Origin: Asterias rubens
Taxonomy: Eukaryota
Assembly: GCF_902459465.1 (NCBI RefSeq)
Contig: NC_047068.1
Span: 19,468,001 to 19,532,000, forward strand
Direction of reading: 5' to 3'
DNA: 64,000 nucleotides
The notes under the pieces are model-generated. The model searched no databases. It was not told where the DNA came from and worked only from the letters and a program-made list of their open reading frames with translations. Of this stretch, positions 10,198 to 36,941 are shown in pieces. Both the position numbers and the translations under genes were made by a program. Position 1 is the first letter of the stretch. Every line of letters begins with the position of its first letter.

Positions 10198-13100
10198 TCA
10201 TAGTATTTCTATCTCGAATTGTAGATCCGCATTGGGTGGGATTGTGGAAGAACAACAGGTTAAGGAAAATATTTCCGCAATGATTTGGCTTGTGCTTTTC
10301 AGTTTTGTAAAAAGTGTCAAACACCCTTCCTCTTGATACTTAAAGGCAGGATAAATTTGGGTAGTTATCAAAGACTAGCCGACGATTTCACCAAACTCTT
10401 CCTAACTTGGGATTATTCTCAGGACACGATAAGTTCCATATCCGAAGACGTTACCAGGCATTTGAACCCATTCTAAGTTAGGACGAGTTAATCGTCCTAA
10501 CTAGTGATAGGATAAATCTCAGCCCTTTGTGAAATCGGTTACAGTGTTCTTACTTGCTGTATCCAAACAGTATGCACAAAATAACAAACCTGTAAAAATG
10601 TTGACTCAATTGGTCATCGAAGTTGCAAGAAAATAATACGAGAAAAAATACCTTTGTTCCATAGAATTTTGTGTTGTCAGATACCTGAGTTTCATATTGT
10701 TTGTGGAAAATGATCTCTTTCTCTAAAACTACATTACTTTCAAAGAGGGTCAAAGCTCTCCAGTGCTCCTTGCGGAAAGTAAGTTTTTATGGTCATTAGA
10801 GGGACATGTTGCCTTGGATCGTGCGAGCTGGTCTGTGAAAAGTGTTTGAAAACATTTATTATGAAATGCATATGGTTATAAAGGTGTTTTAAAAGTAGAA
10901 TACAATGATCCACAAACATGCCTCTAGTCTAAATTGCCTGGTTTACCTTTTACTTTGCGAAATAACACGGTCGTGCCATGTTAATTCAGGACATAAAAGA
11001 AAAACCATCCAAATGGGAGGCATATTTGTGTGGATCATTATATTCTACTTTTAAAACCTCTTTCTAACCATGCATTACATAACAAATGGTTTCAAACGCT
11101 TTTCATATAGACCAACTCGCCTGATCCAAGGCAACCTGTCCCTTTAACTAATGGAGTAATTACCAAAAAAATACGCCCTGCCTTCAAGTCTTTTTAAATA
11201 TGATGATTCTAAAACTAAGTTCAAGCAATTGTATACTGTACCTTTATCTTTGATTCTATTTCATACAAATAAAAAGGATATCCCCAGGCTGGAAATCCAT
11301 TGGCACCATAACCCTTGTCAGACCTGATGATCAGTACTGCATGTTCTCCTTTAGACATGGACATACAACCCTCGTCCCATCCTGTTAAAATAAGACAGAA
11401 TCCCCTTCTAAAATTTTCCAAAATTTTTTAGGGATCTGTTATCATGAATGAGCACCTAGCGAAATGATGTAAAGTGAGACCAGAGTGAGACCATAGTGCT
11501 GCCTAATAACAGAATAGAATCCCGTTTAAAATTTTCAAAAGTTTTTATGGATCTGTTATCATGAATGAGCACCTTGCGAAATGATGTAAAGTGAGACCAG
11601 AGTGGGACCATAGTGCTGCCTAACGGCAAGCAACTTTCTGTGCTTACTTTAGCAAAACAATTTGCTAAGGTGTAAACGTATTTCACAGGTTAGCAAGAAA
11701 AAAGTAGGTGGCCATCTTGTGCGGTTATCGTGGATTTGTATTGTTACATCATTCATTTTCAAGAAATTGTGACGTCAATATTCGCTTTGCCTTCCCAGGA
11801 AGTATGAACCGGGCTTAAAGCAAATTTCAAGCAACAACCCTTCCACTGCATTCAACCAACTCTGTCTCACAAGAGAGTTTTATAACAGTTTCTTACTGTC
11901 CCAGAGAAAATGAAATAAAATTAATTGACTGTTAATAGATTTTCCTCTTGCATAATTGCCTGGAATGGTTGCCTGTAAAGTGCCTCATGTGACATGGCAT
12001 TAATGGGTCAAAGTATTTGACTTATTATACTTCATACTTAAAGGCAGTGGACACTATTGGTAAAGAAAGGTTTTATGCAAATAATTATTTTGAGTAATTA
12101 CTCAAAATAATTATTTGCATAAAACCTTTCTTGGTGGCGAGTAATGGAGAGAGGTTGATGGTATAAAACATTGTGGGAAACGGCTCCCTCTGAAGTGCCA
12201 TAGTTTTCGAAAAAGAAGTAATTTTCCACAAATTTAATTTCGAACTTGAGGTCTCGAAATCAACCATCTAAACGCACACAACTTCGTGTGACAAGGGTGT
12301 TTTTTTCTTTCATTATTATCTTGCAAGTTCGATGTTTGTTATTTTATGCATATGTTGAGATACACCAACTGTGAAGGCTAGTCTTTGACAATTACTAGTA
12401 GTGTCCACTGCCTTTAATCACTTTGTGTGTTTCATCGATAGTTTAAAGACACTGAACACTCTTGGTAATTGTCAAAGAACAGTCTTCTCACTTGGTGTAT
12501 TTCTCAACAAATGCATGAAAAACCAAACCCGTGCAAATTTGAACTCGAATGGTCAATGAAATTGTAACAAAAAACACCCCTTGTCACACGAAGCTGTGTG
12601 CTTTCAGATGATTGTTTTCGGGACCTCAAAATGTAATTCTGAGGTCTCAAAATCAAATTAGTGGAAACTTACTTCTTTCTCAAAAACTATGTTACTTCAC
12701 AGGGAGCCGTTGCTCACAATGTTTCATACTATCAACAGCTCTCTATTGCTTGTTACCAAGTAAGTTTTTATGCTAAAAATTATTTTGAGCATTAACCAAT
12801 AGTGTCCACTGCCTTTAATGATCACCTTTAATAACTTAACCCACCTTTAATAACTTGACCCAATCCAACTTTGAAGGAAAACGCTTTTTGTCCTTGATCC
12901 TTAGTGCTACAAAAAAAGAAACAAAACTTGTTCATTTGGTTTCACTTGGGCATCAAAGTTGCAAGAAAAATAATGAAAGAAAAATCATCCTTGTTGCATA
13001 GAATGTGCTTTTAGAAATGTCATGAAGCCTTTCTCAGATTCAAATTTTGGGGTGAAAAATGTACCTCTTTCTCTAAAAAGTTCATCACTTCAATGGGGAT

Positions 13101-13812
13101 CATATTAAACAATGTTTAGTAATATAGTATATAAACATCTCATGTGCTCGTGACAAGTAAATTTTTAATTATCATTGGATGAATTGCTTTAAAGGCTTTT
13201 CTTCAGGCTTCAGTTGGTCATTCTTCAAATGAATTGCAATAAAAACCTTTGGTTGGAAAAACCTACATCAGTCTTAGATAGATAGTATTGAGCAATTTGA
13301 AAAATATTTCACTTTGAAGTAGTGTGGTTATGTAAAAAGATATAATTTTGTATGCTCCCAAATTTGAATTTGCAGTAACACCTCTCAGATTGTGTAAATC
13401 CAATTAGGTATTATTTTCTTAGTATGGACAAATTTGCACCGGATTTCAGAGATATATCAAAATGCTATATAATATATATCACATGTTATAATTTTATTGT
13501 ATACATCTAGTTTTATATAGGATTAAAATAAGCGAACAGTTTAAAAAAACACTTACTTTGCGTTTAAGTCATTAGATAGGTTCTGTTTAAGCAGCAAACA
13601 ATTTCATTAAAAAATAACCAAACGAAAAATAGTTATAAAAATTTAAATTTGAATAATTATATTCTTTACCTCCAGAATTTCTTCGGTGGGTTGCCAGCAA
13701 GTGAGCCAACACAGTGGACAGTTATTTCTGCTCCTTTTTGGACTTTTGCAGGTCCTCCTGCACGCAAAATCTTCTTTGTCACACCATCAGATACTTCTTC
13801 CGGAGCTGCCAT
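10198..13812 (-). CDS. FKBP12: FKBP-type peptidyl-prolyl isomerase, FKBP12-like (116 aa), 4 coding exons
   Basis: Exons 13812-13670, 12906-12845, 11381-11282 and 10243-10198 join in frame (351 nt): MAAPEEVSDGVTKKILRAGGPAKVQKGAEITVHCVGSLAGNPPKKFWSTKDQGQKAFSFKVGLGQVIKGWDEGCMSMSKGEHAVLIIRSDKGYGANGFPAWGIPPNADLQFEIEIL*. FKBP motifs VIKGWDEG, YG, IPPNA.L.FEIE. The symbol indicates similarity, not proven orthology to vertebrate FKBP1A. Confidence 0.93.
10244..11281 (-). other. U12-type (minor spliceosome) AT-AC intron, last intron of the FKBP gene
   Basis: 5' splice site GG|ATATCCTTT at 11281; branch site TTCCTTAAC about 15 nt upstream of a CAC| acceptor at 10244; splicing restores AWG-IPPN in frame. 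Confidence 0.92.
10800..11143. mobile_element. Second Kolobok-like MITE family, inserted inside the U12 intron
   Basis: TTAG|AGGGACATGTTGCCTTGGATC ... GATCCAAGGCAACCTGTCCCT|TTAA. Confidence 0.7.
11400..11625. repeat. Tandem duplication of about 118 bp in FKBP intron 2
   Basis: GATCTGTTATCATGAATGAGCACC...GAGACCAGAGTG..ACCATAGTGCTGCCTAA at about 11432 and 11550. Confidence 0.8.
12042..12413 (+). mobile_element. Kolobok-like TTAA MITE, full copy
   Basis: TTAA|AGGCAGTGGACAC ... GTGTCCACTGCCT|TTAA. Confidence 0.8.
12447..12814 (-). mobile_element. Kolobok-like TTAA MITE, full copy, inverted relative to its neighbour at 12042
   Basis: TTAA|AGACACTGAACAC ... GTGTCCACTGCCT|TTAA. Confidence 0.8.
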
Positions 13813-14355
13813 ACTTTCTGAAAAATTCTGGAAAAGGAAAACAAAAACTGTGATCTTTTCATTTCTAATTTGTACATGATTAAATCAGTCATTTAAAATG
13901 TAGTGCAAAAACTTTACACTGTAAAGGGAATATATGTGAAAATATAAAATAGTTTTCACTAACAATAATTTTAAAATGTGATAAGGGAGTTTTTTCTTTC
14001 ATGTTTACCTCGCAACTTCAATGACCAAATGAGCTCAAATTTTCACAGGTTTGTTATTTTATGCATGCGTTGAGATACACCAAGTGAGAAGATTGGTCTT
14101 CGACAATTACCAAAGGTGTCCAGTGTCTTTAAGAAGTAAACAACTCATAAAAAAAAGAGGACAAGTGAAAACTGGGCACTCAGTCAAGAAAAATGAGAAC
14201 AGAACAAAAGAAGAGGAAATCAAAATCCTATAAAGTGTATCAACGTACCAGGATGGCGAATGGATCGTGTTACGATCAACACAACTATTAGTATTAAATC
14301 CAGGAATGACTGACGAGCCAAATGAAATCTTGCCTCACCTTCTACCTGTGGGACC

Positions 14356-14445
14356 TAGTTGCGATAACGTCACCCTCACCGGACGAGGGTTCCTCCGGCT
14401 TTGCCGTCGAGAGGAGGGTCACATTATCGCAACTACTATGGGACC
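14356..14445. mobile_element. Short palindromic MITE family TAGTTGCGATAACGTAACCCTCCTCCCGACG (also at about 17104-17172 and 61691-61745)
   Basis: The same arm occurs at three loci, each followed by a reverse-complement arm, forming a hairpin. Confidence 0.65.
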
Positions 14446-14620
14446 CAGGTTAGAGTCCTACCAGGGGCACTTATGTGGATTTTGTTGTCAAATTGGTTTC
14501 AGTCCTAGCCCAGGTTGGACTCCTCTGTTGCATACTCTACTACTGACGTCCTAAGGCTTTTTTAAGTCCCTACTTCCTTGACTGAATAATTCTATGCCCG
14601 GGTTTCCGCCCACTTCTTAA

Positions 14621-14993
14621 AGCCATTATACACTTTCGGTACAGAAAAGAAGAAAAAAAGTTCACAGATTTACTAATTAATTACAGGGTTTACTGAAGGT
14701 AATGGTGAAAGACTTCTCTTAAAATATTATTCCAAGAACTGCTTTACTTTTTGAGAAAACATTAAAACAACATCAATTCTCGATAGTGAGAATTACGGAT
14801 TTATTTTAAACACATGTCATGACACGGTGAAACGTGCGGAAACAAGAGTGGGTTTTCCCGTTATTTTCTCCCGACTCTGATGACCAATTGAGCTTAAATT
14901 TTCACAGGTTTGTTAGTTTATATATAAGTTGTGATACACTAAGTGTTGGACTTGGAGTTGGACAATACTGTTTACCGAAAGCGTATAATGGCT
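14621..14993. mobile_element. Third Kolobok-like TTAA MITE family
   Basis: TTAA|AGCCATTATACACTTTCGGTA ... TACCGAAAGCGTATAATGGCT|TTAA. Confidence 0.75.
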
Positions 14994-15563
14994 TTAATAA
15001 AACAGAAACTTCATTTCCCATTGATTGTCTTCTCCCCTTGGCCTCGTCCAGTTGCTGAGCAGACTTTATCATAGATTTTATGTAGGTGTAGATAACAAAA
15101 ATTATGCTTTACACAAGTAACAGTCTACTCCTGACCTCTAGTCATCCCCAGATGCCCTTGTCCAGATGCTGTATAGGCTTTGACAAGTATAGCTGATTAG
15201 ATGTAGATCATGGAAGAAGGAAAACACATAAAAAAGAAGAACTCCAGATTCAGAAGAAACCATCTCGAATTTGTCCATTCCGATTTACTTGTTTTCAAAC
15301 AATACATTAAACAAACATTTCATGTTATTAGTCACAAAAAGGCTGTACATAGTTTAAATTAACAAATTACGAACGGTATTTCCAATTCACTTTGTAAACA
15401 AGATACATACCGGAGGATCTTTTCACGCCCTGACAAAAATTTGAGCACAAAATTTGCCAACAGGTAACAACCTCGTACATACAATGTATTTGCTCCACTC
15501 TCCCCTTTATCTTGCAAGTTTGTTCTTGCAAACCTGGGAACGAGGTTATTTTGCAAAACATAC

Positions 15564-15681
15564 CTGACTTATCTACGCAATATACTGGCTGGCGTTCAAA
15601 AAGAGCCAGTCTAATTTTCATTATCAGCGGTAGTATTGAAATCATTTTAAATTATTTTGTTGAAAACTTGAACTTGAAGTC
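15564..15681. promoter_or_regulatory. Putative compact bidirectional promoter FKBP (-) / HAUS2 (+)
   Basis: Minus-strand donor CAG|GTATG at 15563 is a candidate FKBP non-coding exon 1 (the FKBP ATG exon has an acceptor just upstream at 13818); HAUS2 ATG at 15682. Confidence 0.4.
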
Positions 15682-18600
15682 ATGGACCGTAATGAATTGA
15701 GCTCTTTTCAGGTTTCGAATCCTTGGATCTCAGAAGAACGAACGACTGCTGCTGTATGTAATGCAATTCGTCTCGCAGAGAGAAGTGGTCACTTAAAATC
15801 GGTAGGTATCGTACCGTAAGGTCATGGACCGCGTCTGCCCAGCAGGCTCGTGGGGGACGGAGCTCCGCTGGCCCCCACAAGCACTCGCCTCTGAGGGCAA
15901 CCGACTACGAACGGAGGAGTCCAACCTGGGCCGGCTAGACTCAGACAAGACTAGACTATTGGGATAACTTTCCGTATGGCGCCACCACTTTTTCACTAAT
16001 TTTTAGAAAAAGGGATATCTCATTGAGGTAAATTAGATACTATATTATTTCATATCGAATGAAAAAAAAAGTGGTGGCGTCATACGGAAACTTTTCCGAC
16101 TATTGAGTCCGATGGATGTTTTTATCTTCTTCTTTGCACTGCTGCAGTGCATGATAATGATGAATGATAAGTCAGTAAACAGGCGTGCAACTTTTTTTCA
16201 GAATCAGATCAGGGCCCAATTTCATAATTAATAAAAAAGCCTGTATTATATATTAATTAGTGTATCTCATTGTAGGCTATGTAAAATTAAAAAGTGTAGG
16301 CTGTAATGTGTAAGTGTAAAGTAAGCACACAAATTTGCTTAGGTAGCATGAAATTTCTTCCTTGACCAAATTTTATTGTGTTGCATATTATTGCCTGTTT
16401 AGTTGTTACTGACATTCAGCTGTTGTTTTGCTTATTCTGAAAATCACTTGGAAATTTTAATCCTGTTTTTACTAGGAAGAAATTTCATGCTAAGCAAATT
16501 TGTGTGCTAACAACAGGCTTTATGAAATTGGGCACAGCTGATTTCCTAGACCAAGTATTGACTTGAGTATAAACCATAGAGTAAGGACTACTTCTAGAAA
16601 CTATATAAGGCTCCCCGTGAGTGGTAGCCTTATTATACAGTTTCTAGAAGTAGAGTACAGCGCCCCAGTTACTGGGTCTACTGATTTCCTATTTTTTTAA
16701 TCTCAGTTTTAAAAAGTATAAATAATCTCAGTTGAAAAATACTAAACAAAATCATTGAAATTTTGTAATTTCCTCTGTTTTTTTGAGTGAAGTTACAGTT
16801 GCATGCCTGAGTAAAATTGAATGCCATTGTTGTTATTGTTACTGTTGACTGTAGTAGATAATAGTTTGATGATTTATTTATAATAATCCATTTGATTTGT
16901 TGTCATCCACCATGCTGGTTGTAGAGGCGAGATGAAACACTAGGTGAGATGGCGCAGTCGTTACAAGACAACTCACCATCACTGCATCTCATAAAGCAGC
17001 TCAGAGAAATGTCGGAGAGAGGTCAACAGCTAGATGAGGTAAGTTCAGACCGTCAGGGTCAACCCTTCATCCATTGGTCTCAAGCCATGGGTCAGGGGAT
17101 TGGGTAGTTGCGATAACGTAACCCTCCTCCCGACGGCTGGGCCGTTGGGAGGAGGGTAAGGTTGTCGCGAACTTTGCAAAGGGCACCAGGGCAATTGATG
17201 TGGGTGCTGTGAGCTAAATTGAATGGTTTACAATACAGCGGATGACTTTCCCAGATTTGAAAATATGTAACAAGCCTTCCTTTACCATTTTATGTTGTAT
17301 TCAACCTTGTTTTTGAACAGACAAACAATGAAATTCAATGTCGGCTGATGGACAAGGAGACTAGAGATATTACACATCTTGATGTCATCGGTAAGATTCC
17401 AATAACACAAAAATAGGGAAAGTGCATTAGTAGTGGCTCTACGGTGTTTGTTTTTAGACTCCTACCATATGACTGTGGGGGATGGGGGAGGGGGGTTGGG
17501 AAATCACAGTACAGTCTCTGTGTATTCTTGTGAGGCAATTGTAGCCAAGTGTGTTGCTCAAGATCAAATGTACTGGATTATGGATACCACTTCTCAATAA
17601 GCCTCAAAAGTATCAGACCCAATTTCATAAAGCACAATAACCCACTAAGCACAGATTAGTAATTGCTAAGCAGAATCAGATTACCAGTCCAAATTATACT
17701 CAGTTTGCATTGCCGGGCTGGTGCCCGACTCAAAAATTGCAAAGCAAAGAAATTTGTCAAGCGGGTTTGCTGCTCGTCAGCTTGAGGAAATTGGAAGTTG
17801 GACCCAGGTGGTTCTGCCGTTTGTTGACCCTTGAGCCAATGCAAGAAAAGAGAAGATATCTTACCACTAGACCACTGAAGTAGGGCTATTTGTACCCAAA
17901 CCATAGTTCCCAAATAAGTGTAAACATTTGCCTTTTGTCTGCAGAGTCCAAAGTTAGCCAGCTGGACACAATGACTGCTCATCTTCAAGCCATTGTTGAG
18001 AGCAAAGACCACCTCATAAACCGTCTTCAACAACCCTTTGTTGGGGACTCCCTCAAGGTAGAGGCCACCTACCACAGACACGTGAAAGAGCTCTTCCCAT
18101 TGGCTGCCACAAGTTTAGCAGAACTCAACGGTAACCTGGAAACCGTCCAATGGGCAAGCGACTTTAATATGAAGGATGGGAGAATGGTGAGTCAATTGAC
18201 AAAGTTTGTCCACTATTACGCCACCCTTCTCTACTTGTTTTACAACAACTTGTTTTCCGGTATATAATAGCTATATGATTGGGCACAGGGCCCAATTTTA
18301 TAAACCTGTTAAGCAGAAAATTCTCTGCCTAGCAATTTTCTTGGTTTAGCAAGAATTGACCAGGTTACCAGTCACAGCAATGGTAACTGTATAGAATTCT
18401 AGCTGGTAACCTTTTTTTGCGAAGCAAATTTATTTTTTTGTGCCGAGCAAGTTTTTCTACTTGTTTTTCTACCAGGCTTTTTGAAATTGGTCCCAGATCA
18501 CCTCATCATACTTAATGTAAAGGAAGGTGAAGATTTAAAACAGTGCTCAATCAACAACAATTAGCATAAGTTCTTCTCTCTTGTCTGCAGGATGAAACAC

Positions 18601-18686
18601 TAATGGCCATTTCAACATCATTGGCACAGCTCCAGACAAGCTTCCAGACGATATGTCAACTCAGAAACACCCTGGAAAAATGCTGA
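15682..18686 (+). CDS. HAUS2: HAUS augmin-like complex subunit 2 (213 aa), 5 exons
   Basis: Exons 15682-15801, 16925-17038, 17321-17390, 17945-18186 and 18591-18686 with GT-AG sites and consistent phase. N-terminal NPW and core ESKVSQLDTMTAHLQAIVESKDHLINRLQQPFVGDSLKVEATYHRHVKELF resemble HAUS2/AUG2 as recalled. Confidence 0.82.
15962..16097. mobile_element. 136-bp MITE with 8-bp TSD, Merlin-like (GG termini) or hAT-like
   Basis: GACTATTG|GGATAACTTTCCGTATGGCGCCACCAC ... GTGGTGGCGTCATACGGAAACTTTTCC|GACTATTG. Confidence 0.8.
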
Positions 18687-19505
18687 CAACTATACCCCGA
18701 GTCGTTACAATCGGTCACAGTCTGCCTTTATGTACAAGAGTTCTCTTAACTTAAATGGTGAAAATGCAAGTAATAACACAAGTTACTGAAATGTCCAAGA
18801 GCATAGTAAAGACTTCACAACAAAAAGAAACTACTAGCTAATTGTTGCATCAGGAATAAAAAATATAGTTTAAGTTTTTGCCCTTAAACCGATTTGTATT
18901 GAGCACTATATATTCAGTACTTGTCCGACTTCTTTGAAAAAATCCACAGAACTCGGGTGAGATTCGAAACCAAGACCTTTGCATTGCTAGAGCAGATGTC
19001 TTACAAATAGACCACCCAGCTGGTGCAATGGCTAGAGGCAATTCAAATTCTTAGCAGCGGTACCACAACGCTTTAATAGATATTAATTATTGAGTCAAGA
19101 TAATTTGGTTTTTAGGAAACTAATATGTACGTGGATAGAACTGGTATGGTCATTGTCCAGAAACAGCACAACCAAACAGTTTGTAGCCTTGATAAGTCCA
19201 TGCAGTAGCAGGCAACACCTGGACTGCGTTTTGGCGACCCCAACCTAGCCCAAGCGAGTCAACAAGTCAGTTACCGTTTGGTCTGAACATTATCGTCACC
19301 GCACCTCAACCGAAGCAAAACTGATTAACGCTCAACAGATGACCAATGTTTCTGGTTGGGGTCGCCAAAGCGCACTCCTGACTCTACTGAACCAAACACA
19401 GCTGGCTGCTTGAGAGTGATTGGTTTGTTACTTGTTTTAGAGCTGATGGATATAGTTTCACCAAACACTATGGTCATGTATAATTATTCATGAACTTGAT
19501 TTCAC

Positions 19506-19870
19506 AACTCTGGTGTTTCTGATCAGGAGAGTGTGGGTTCGAATCCCCAGCCGTGACACTTGTGTCCTTAAGCTAGACACTTAACCATTGCTTCGTCTTT
19601 CGGATGGGACGTAGAGCCGTTGGTCCCACGTGTTGTGTAACGCATGTAACAGAACCCCAGTCGCTTATCGAAAAGAGAAGGGGTTCGCCCCGGTGTTCCT
19701 GGCTGTGGCTGCTGTATGCGCCGTGACACCTTGTAAATCCTTATAAGGTGCCAAATAATTGGGTCTCAGAATTCATCACTTCAATAACCTATATTTCTGA
19801 AAGTTTGTATATATACTCAGCGCCTTGAGTATTTTAAGACTCCGATATTATTATTATTATTATTATTATT
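19506..19870 (+). mobile_element. tRNA-derived SINE copy with (TTA)n tail, 5' truncated
   Basis: Box B GGGTTCGAATCC; body shared with 29704-30122; ends in a TTA repeat. Confidence 0.8.
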
Positions 19871-20131
19871 AGAGCTTATTATTACTATCCATCTTTGTTT
19901 TGTACAAGGCATCCCAGCCTACAAGCTTTTGCTTTTAATGGGTCATGCATCCATACAGCTCCGGGTTTTGTAAAATCATATTGTTTATATTTGTATGTGT
20001 TTGTATGGAAATAAATGTTTGATAGATTTGATTTGACTTGATTTACCTCAACTGAGTATCAATCTTAATTGCTAAGCAAAGTGTGATGTCACAATACAAG
20101 TCACCATAGTATGATTGACAACTCGTCTTAA

Positions 20132-21209
20132 AGGCACTGTACACGTTTGGTAGTTGTCAAAGACCAGTGTTCTCACTTGGTGTATTCCATCATAAGCATA
20201 AAATAACAAGCCTGTGAAAATTTGGCTCAATTGGTCATCGAAGTTGAGAGAAAATGATGAAAGAAAAAACACCCTTGTTGACGAATTTGTGTGCTTTCAG
20301 ATAGGAATAAAAGACTTCTAGCTAGAAGTTACATCAGAGGGAGTCGTTTCCCACAGTGTTTTATACTATCAACAGCTCTAAAACCCTTGTTACCAAGTCA
20401 GTTTTTAAGTTAATATTTGTTTTGAGTAATTACCAAACGTGTACCTTCCCTTTAAAGGAAGAGTATACTTTTGGTTTTTGGAACCGTTTGATTGTTTCAA
20501 TTCTATATAAATATAGTGTATACAACAAACATAACATGTGAAAATTTAATGGTCACGTTTTTGAGATATAGCCGAAAAATCCGGAGCAAAAATGTCCACA
20601 CAGGAAGAATCATCCCCGATAGGAATACACAATTTGATCTCAGATAAGAACGCCTGATATAACCCCTTAGAATTGAGAGTTGTGAAACTGATATTTATTT
20701 GTAATCTTCGACTTTATTTCCTTTAAGTTTTTTAAAAAGCACTTGATTATTTAATGTTGATGGGGTTTTGATGCCTAATTCCTATACAATTAATGTACAA
20801 AAATAAATATTCTTAATAACAACCATTGAACTGAGCTGGCAAAAGTCCTTCAGCTCAAGTCAACCTATAAAGGCAGTGGACACTATTGGTAATTACTCAA
20901 AATAATAATTAGCACAAAACCTTACTTGGTAACGAGTAATGGGGAGCTGTTGATAGTATAAAACATTGTGAGAAATGGCTCCCTCTGAAGTGACATAGTT
21001 TTCGAGAATAAGATGTTGAGGTCTCGAAATCAAGCATCTGAAAGCACACAACTTTGTGTGACAACTTGTTTTTCTTCTTCCATTATTATCTCGCTACTTC
21101 AACGACCAATTGAGTTCAAGTTTTCATAGGTTTGTTTTTTTGTGCATATGTTGAGATACAACAAGTGAGAAGACTGGTCTTAGACAATTACCAAAGGTGT
21201 CCAGTGTCT
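20132..21209. mobile_element. Two further Kolobok-like MITE copies (20132-20451 minus; 20871-21209 plus)
   Basis: Same TIRs and body; TTAA/ATAA flanks. Confidence 0.75.
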
Positions 21210-21681
21210 TTAAATCCGTCAGAAATAATGATATGTACAACAATGCTAACCCATAAAAATATTATTTTAAATGGTGGAACATTTTTGAGATATCGCTGAA
21301 AATCCACGTGAATAAGTCCACGCAGGTAGAATAATCCCAACAGAAATATACAATCTGAAATGAGTTTAGCAGTGAGTGAATGGGGCCTGTGGTATTACCA
21401 TAGAGGTTGACCAACTCAACATGACATCTTGCACCGTGACTAGGTTGGGGGGTTGAATGTGAGGGCAGCAGATGGGCATTATGTTGGGGGTCAGTGTCAG
21501 GGTAGAGAATGATTGCAAACAGACCATCAGACACATTTCAACCATTAGGTTAAAATGTCTGCCTGCATTTATAGCTCCTTTCCTTTCTCCCCGTATGGGC
21601 GCTCTCATTATGTCATGGTGGCAGTAACTAACCATTTTAAAAGGGAATCAAAGTTTTTGTGGTTGGCAAAGTAGATATGTG

Positions 21682-36941
<15,260 letters not shown>

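Noticed and set aside
15820-15935. HDV-like ribozyme or SRP RNA in HAUS2 intron 1
   Set aside because: Could not satisfy the P1/P3/L3/P1.1 order on either strand; the SRP similarity is about 12 nt only
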